Assembly: GCA_964373065.1 (NCBI GenBank) | Contig: CAYJSJ010000004.1 | Span: forward strand, 1-57,052 | Length of the DNA: 57,052 nt | Direction of reading: 5' to 3' | Origin: an uncultured Candidatus Peribacteria bacterium | GTDB taxonomy: Bacteria > Patescibacteriota > Gracilibacteria > Peribacterales > Peribacteraceae | Shown: positions 53,239 through 57,052 of the stretch, in pieces | Layout of the letters: each line of letters opens with the position of its first letter | How positions within the stretch are numbered: position 1 is the stretch's first letter | The notes under the pieces: generated by a model | The model's database searches: none | What the model saw: the letters and a program-made list of their open reading frames with translations, nothing else | What the model was told of the DNA's origin: nothing | Made by a program: the position numbers and the translations under genes

Positions 53239-54489
53239 ATGAGTTTCGTAAAAGATCCTTCATTAGCCGCCCAAGGCATCATGAATTTGGAGATTGCCGA
53301 AAAGCGCATGGGGGCACTCATGGAAGTGCGCAAACGTTTTATCAAGCAAAAGCCCTTCAAAGGACTCACGATCGGCATGGCGTTGCATGTTACCAAAGAG
53401 ACCGGAGTGCTCGTCCGGACGCTTCGGGATGGCGGCGCGAAAGTCGCAATCACCGGCTGCAATCCGCTCTCGACACAAGATGATGTCGCCGCGGCGCTTG
53501 CAAAAGAGCAAGACATCAAGGTGTGGGCGTACAAAGGAGAGACCACCGCGGACTACTACAAGTTTCTCAACGCCGTGATCGACGAAAAGCCGCAGATTAC
53601 CATCGACGACGGGTGTGATCTGGTGACCGAAATCCACACGAAGCGTACAGATGCGCTCAAGGGAATGATCGGCGGGTGCGAGGAGACGACAACCGGCATC
53701 ATCCGCCTCCATGCGATGATCAGGGATGGTGCGCTCAAGTGCCCCATGATCGCCGTGAACGATAACAAAACAAAGCACCTCATGGATAACTACTACGGAA
53801 CGGGGCAGTCGACCTTCGACGGCATTCTGCGTTCAACAAATCTCCTGATCGCGGGGAAGACCGTCGTCATCGTCGGGTATGGGAGCTGCGGGAAGGGGGT
53901 GGCGATGCGCGCAAAGGGGCTTGGTGCGCAGGTGATTGTTACGGAGGTCGATTTCTTCGCTGCGCTGCAGGCGGCGATGGACGGGCATCGCGTGATGACG
54001 ATGGAGGAGGCGGCGCCGATCGGGGATCTCTTTGTCACAGTTACGGGGAACTTCCACGTTATCCGCATGGAGCACATGGAACAGATGCGCGATGGCTCGG
54101 TGCTCTGCAACTCCGGTCACTTCGATAACGAAATTGATCTCAAATCTCTCGGGAAAAAAGCGAAAAGCAAGCGCAGAGTTCGCCATTACCTGGATGAATA
54201 TGTTCTGAACGGAAAGGTGATCTACATCGCAGGGGAAGGACGGCTCGTCAACCTCGCATCTGCAGAAGGCCACCCGAGCGAAGTGATGTCGCTTTCCTTC
54301 TGCGGGCAAGCGCTCGCGTGCGAGTACCTCGTGAAGCACAAAGGAAAGCTCAAAAACGAGGTGATCACGCTGCCGTCGGCAATCGACGAGGAGATCGCGG
54401 GACTGCAGCTCGCTGCCATGGGGCTTTCCATCGACACCCTCACAAAAGAACAGAAGAAGTATCTTGCTTCGTGGCAGGAGGGGACGTAG
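53239..54489 (+). CDS. ahcY: Adenosylhomocysteinase (S-adenosyl-L-homocysteine hydrolase)
   Basis: 416 aa. Motifs: HVTKETGVL, ITGCNPLSTQDDVAAAL, DDGCDL, EETTTG, VVIVGYGSCGKG, GHFDNEI. Confidence 0.95.
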   Translation: MSFVKDPSLAAQGIMNLEIAEKRMGALMEVRKRFIKQKPFKGLTIGMALHVTKETGVLVRTLRDGGAKVAITGCNPLSTQDDVAAALAKEQDIKVWAYKGETTADYYKFLNAVIDEKPQITIDDGCDLVTEIHTKRTDALKGMIGGCEETTTGIIRLHAMIRDGALKCPMIAVNDNKTKHLMDNYYGTGQSTFDGILRSTNLLIAGKTVVIVGYGSCGKGVAMRAKGLGAQVIVTEVDFFAALQAAMDGHRVMTMEEAAPIGDLFVTVTGNFHVIRMEHMEQMRDGSVLCNSGHFDNEIDLKSLGKKAKSKRRVRHYLDEYVLNGKVIYIAGEGRLVNLASAEGHPSEVMSLSFCGQALACEYLVKHKGKLKNEVITLPSAIDEEIAGLQLAAMGLSIDTLTKEQKKYLASWQEGT

Positions 54490-54519
54490 AAATCAATTTT
54501 TGCGTTCTATCCCATTCTT

Positions 54520-54551
54520 GGGCTTTCAAAAGCCGATCGGCTGCTTTTTTT
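54520..54551 (+). terminator. Candidate intrinsic terminator after ahcY
   Basis: GGCTTTCAAAAGCCGATCGGCTGC contains short GC stems (GGCTT/AAGCC and AGCC/GGCT), followed by a run of seven T. Confidence 0.45.
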
Positions 54552-54656
54552 CATGATCCCCTTCGTTCTGCCCAGTGGATTTGAAGGCTGCTACGAAGCA
54601 AGCTATCTGAAGGGAATTGTTTTCAGAATGCCAAAAAACGAGGTGCTACGAAGTTA

Positions 54657-54684
54657 TTGACATTGTCATGAATCGTCTTAGAAT
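54657..54684 (+). promoter_or_regulatory. Near-consensus sigma70 promoter TTGACA - 16 nt - TAGAAT
   Basis: TTGACA at 54657-54662 and TAGAAT at 54679-54684. This implies the ATG at 54685 is upstream of the TSS and the ATG at 54718 is the likely start. Confidence 0.5.
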
Positions 54685-54717
54685 ATGCGCAACTTCTATT
54701 TCTTTTGTTCCTTAGCT

Positions 54718-54981
54718 ATGGAAAATGGACAAATCCTCGCTGCGAGCGCGACACCCGATTCAGTCGCTATCAATACAGCTTACGGTACGACGCGTGTTCC
54801 TTATGTGGAGGCTCCCGATGCGATGGTTGATGACGCGCAGAAAACTACGCAAGAAGCGATGCCAGCGTGGCTAATGCAGGAAGCTTCGGAGGACTCCGGT
54901 ATATACGATGGTATAAAGATTGATGGCTTCAAGACTGGGTCCAAACATTCGATGAGAGGTGGCGTCAAGCAATGGAAATAA
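54718..54981 (+). CDS. Small hypothetical protein
   Basis: 87 aa (MENGQILAAS...), acidic, with no recognisable motif. AT-richer region. Start chosen from the promoter geometry. Confidence 0.35.
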   Translation: MENGQILAASATPDSVAINTAYGTTRVPYVEAPDAMVDDAQKTTQEAMPAWLMQEASEDSGIYDGIKIDGFKTGSKHSMRGGVKQWK

Positions 54982-55001
54982 GTATTCTTCCCCCCTTTTT
55001 T

Positions 55002-55181
55002 ATGAGTACAGTATCAAAAGATTGTGAGCGGAATCTCCGCGATCATGGGTATCGAAATCCTGAGCAAGTATTGGAAGCAACATCACATGATCAGCAGCAC
55101 AAATTATATCTTCAGAAATTAAAAGATAACTTCGAGTTCTGTATGCATGAGTGGCTTAAGGGGAATCTGTCCTGTCCTTGA
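55002..55181 (+). CDS. Small hypothetical protein
   Basis: 59 aa from MSTVSKDCERNL...; the track ORF begins at 54972. No recognisable motif. Confidence 0.25.
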   Translation: MSTVSKDCERNLRDHGYRNPEQVLEATSHDQQHKLYLQKLKDNFEFCMHEWLKGNLSCP

Positions 55182-55218
55182 TAGGAAATCGCGTGTGGAT
55201 CACTGATACAATGGCGTT

Positions 55219-56172
55219 GTGGAAAACAATCTTGTGATCGCAGGAAAGCTCCGCCAGATCGCCTCGCTCCTCGCTGAGCAAGGCATCGAGTTCAAGCCTG
55301 CGGCCTACCGCCGCGCGGCGCAGGTGATAGAAGAATTACCCAATGATGTGTCCACGTACGGCGATGCAAAGGAACTGAAGAAACTCCCCGGCATCGGCGA
55401 TGCGATTGCGGCGAAAATCTTGGAATACCTGAACACCGGAGAAATCGCACTCCTCAAAAACTTGCGTGCGGAACTTGGAGGAATTTCCGCGGATCTTCTG
55501 GACGTGGAGGGACTCGGCCCCAAGCGCGTGCGGCAGCTGCAGGATGCGCTTGGCATCAAGACCGTTTCGCAGCTGATAGATGCGGCTAAGCGCGGGAAGC
55601 TCCGATCGCTTCCACGGTGGGACGAGAAGAGCGAGAAGAAGGTATGGGAGAATGCGAAGCGCGTGGGAGAACGCGTGAAACGGTATCCGCGCGCAGAAGT
55701 GAAGGATGATGTGGAGTTGGTTATTGAAACGATACGGAAGGTTGGGAAGAAGGTTGGGAAGGTTGGGGTTGCGGGATCGTTTCGGCGGGAGAAGGAAACA
55801 GTGGGGGATATCGACATTCTCGCTGTCACAGACTCTGCGCAAGAGGTCGCCGATGCCATTGCCAAGCTTCCGATTGTGCGCAACGTGGCTGCGCACGGAG
55901 ATACTAAGATCAGCTTCGACCTCAAAAACGGACTCCGCGTCGATGTGCGGCTCGTTCGTCGCGATCAGTGGGGTGCCGCGCTCCTCTACTTCACAGGTTC
56001 CAAAGAGCACAATATCGCCATGCGTCGCGTTGCCATCCGCAAAGGGTGGAAACTGAACGAATACGGCCTCTTCGCAGGAGACACGGTTGTAGCCTCCAAG
56101 GAGGAAGAAGACATCTACAAAGCGCTGGAGCTTACGTGGCGGGAGCCGCGGGAGCGGACGGGGGCGCTCTGA
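55219..56172 (+). CDS. Family X DNA polymerase core (Pol beta-like) without a PHP domain
   Basis: 317 aa with a GTG start. Helix-hairpin-helix LPGIGDAIAAKI and VEGLGPKR; NTase motif GSFRREKETVGDIDIL. It ends at ...LTWREPRERTGAL, where bacterial PolX normally continues into PHP. Confidence 0.85.
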   Translation: MENNLVIAGKLRQIASLLAEQGIEFKPAAYRRAAQVIEELPNDVSTYGDAKELKKLPGIGDAIAAKILEYLNTGEIALLKNLRAELGGISADLLDVEGLGPKRVRQLQDALGIKTVSQLIDAAKRGKLRSLPRWDEKSEKKVWENAKRVGERVKRYPRAEVKDDVELVIETIRKVGKKVGKVGVAGSFRREKETVGDIDILAVTDSAQEVADAIAKLPIVRNVAAHGDTKISFDLKNGLRVDVRLVRRDQWGAALLYFTGSKEHNIAMRRVAIRKGWKLNEYGLFAGDTVVASKEEEDIYKALELTWREPRERTGAL

Positions 56173-57041
56173 CTTTTGTGCGGGCGAAGAGATTTTTTTC
56201 CTTCGAGGATTGCCTGTGCTCTCTTAAGTGATTCGTCACGTCCTATCTGGACATAGAGGTGTGCAGGCGACAGCTGCTCCTCAGTCATGCCTTTGAGCAT
56301 CGTACGCAGGCGTGGTCCGTATTGCCCACTCGGTTCCACTCCCTCAAAGAGCAGCTCGGCTCCTTTGCCTCTTGCCAAATTCATCGCACTGACAATACGT
56401 TGTAAGCAAAGTTCATAGGTACCGTTACCATCTACCAATCCTTGTACAGTCCTATAATCCACCTTGAGCAGGGGAGTTGCGTGCGGATTAATTCTGACGA
56501 TTTCGTGGAAGTTTTGTGATGAGTGGGCTTCGGGAAAATCATCCGCAGCTCCGCGCACATTGATCATCGATCCGTCATCCAATTTTCTCCTCCCAAAGAG
56601 TTTTTCCAATGATTTTAGCCTTCCATTCTTCGGCTTTTCCATATTTTCGGTGAGCTCCACCGTAATGTCTCCGTTCTGCAAGCCGTTACGTCTCATGGAC
56701 TTCGCAAGCTTTTCTGGGAAGTCGCCAGTCTCCAAAATCTCTGTATCGATATTGATGGACATGCCCGTGCGGAATTTTCCTGCAAATTCCAGTGATAATT
56801 CCGTAAGGTGCCAATGTACTACTGGCCATATGTGCTCTGCTTTTGCTGCACGTATAAGATCGTAAGCTCCAACGAGGGATCCATCCTCTGTTTCCCCACG
56901 CGCCAAGCTTTCGAAATCGATGATTGTTTTCTGCGACGTTGGAATGCCCTTAGTGTCGAGGGGTTCAATTGCTTGCAAGTGAGGGAACACCCGTTTTTCT
57001 TCCAGTGCCTGCGTAGCCGAGAAATATTCATGGCCGTTCAT
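56115..57041 (-). CDS. EAL-domain protein (ESL variant), putative c-di-GMP phosphodiesterase-like
   Basis: 308 aa. Motifs in the canonical EAL-domain order: FESLAR, SINID, VELTE, ADDFPEAHSS, LKVD, FEGVE, VQIG. The last 58 nt overlap the convergent PolX 3' end. Confidence 0.55.
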   Translation of the reverse strand: MNGHEYFSATQALEEKRVFPHLQAIEPLDTKGIPTSQKTIIDFESLARGETEDGSLVGAYDLIRAAKAEHIWPVVHWHLTELSLEFAGKFRTGMSINIDTEILETGDFPEKLAKSMRRNGLQNGDITVELTENMEKPKNGRLKSLEKLFGRRKLDDGSMINVRGAADDFPEAHSSQNFHEIVRINPHATPLLKVDYRTVQGLVDGNGTYELCLQRIVSAMNLARGKGAELLFEGVEPSGQYGPRLRTMLKGMTEEQLSPAHLYVQIGRDESLKRAQAILEGKKSLRPHKSQSAPVRSRGSRHVSSSAL

Positions 57042-57052
57042 CGTACCGTTCT

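Overview
This 57-kb window appears to come from a small-genome, CPR/Patescibacteria-like bacterium; that placement is an inference from a compact 16S rRNA 5' portion at 1-908 on the minus strand. From 1278 to about 54.5 kb the window is one densely packed surface-glycan biosynthesis and decoration island of about 45 genes on both strands, many with 4-14 nt overlaps.

The island contains:
- a pseudaminic-acid-like operon (SDR, PseC, Gfo/Idh/MocA, PseG-PseH fusion, PseI);
- a second NeuB paralogue of the phosphorylated-substrate type, with a KdsC-like phosphatase fusion and a CMP-transferase;
- a third NeuB paralogue with a divergent active site and its own CMP-transferase;
- CysD/CysNC PAPS synthesis plus a sulfotransferase;
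- acetamidino-forming enzymes (WbuX/WbuY/WbuZ-like);
- Gmd with an aminotransferase, and UDP-GlcA/GalA and UDP-HexNAcA supply;
- six SAM-methyltransferase domains with SAH recycling (AhcY plus a PfkB kinase);
- two polyprenyl-phosphate GT2s, three GtrA modules and four GT-C-like polytopic membrane proteins.

I saw no Wzx/Wzy, ABC exporter, priming phosphoglycosyltransferase, transposase, integrase, CRISPR array or recognisable defence gene. The right edge holds two small ORFs, a PolX lacking its PHP domain, and an EAL-domain protein.

The spacers between genes are unusual. Many are built from short TTAG-containing tandem repeats:
- telomere-like (GGGYTA)n G-tract blocks facing C-tract blocks at divergent promoters;
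- an exact 18-nt word shared by two spacers 5 kb apart;
- 14-nt-periodic TTAGGAWTTA repeats;
- a 17-nt inverted repeat that embeds the stop codons of two convergent genes.

A 7-nt x4 repeat also sits inside a GT-C gene. All family calls are by-eye motif recognition and need HMM or structure confirmation.
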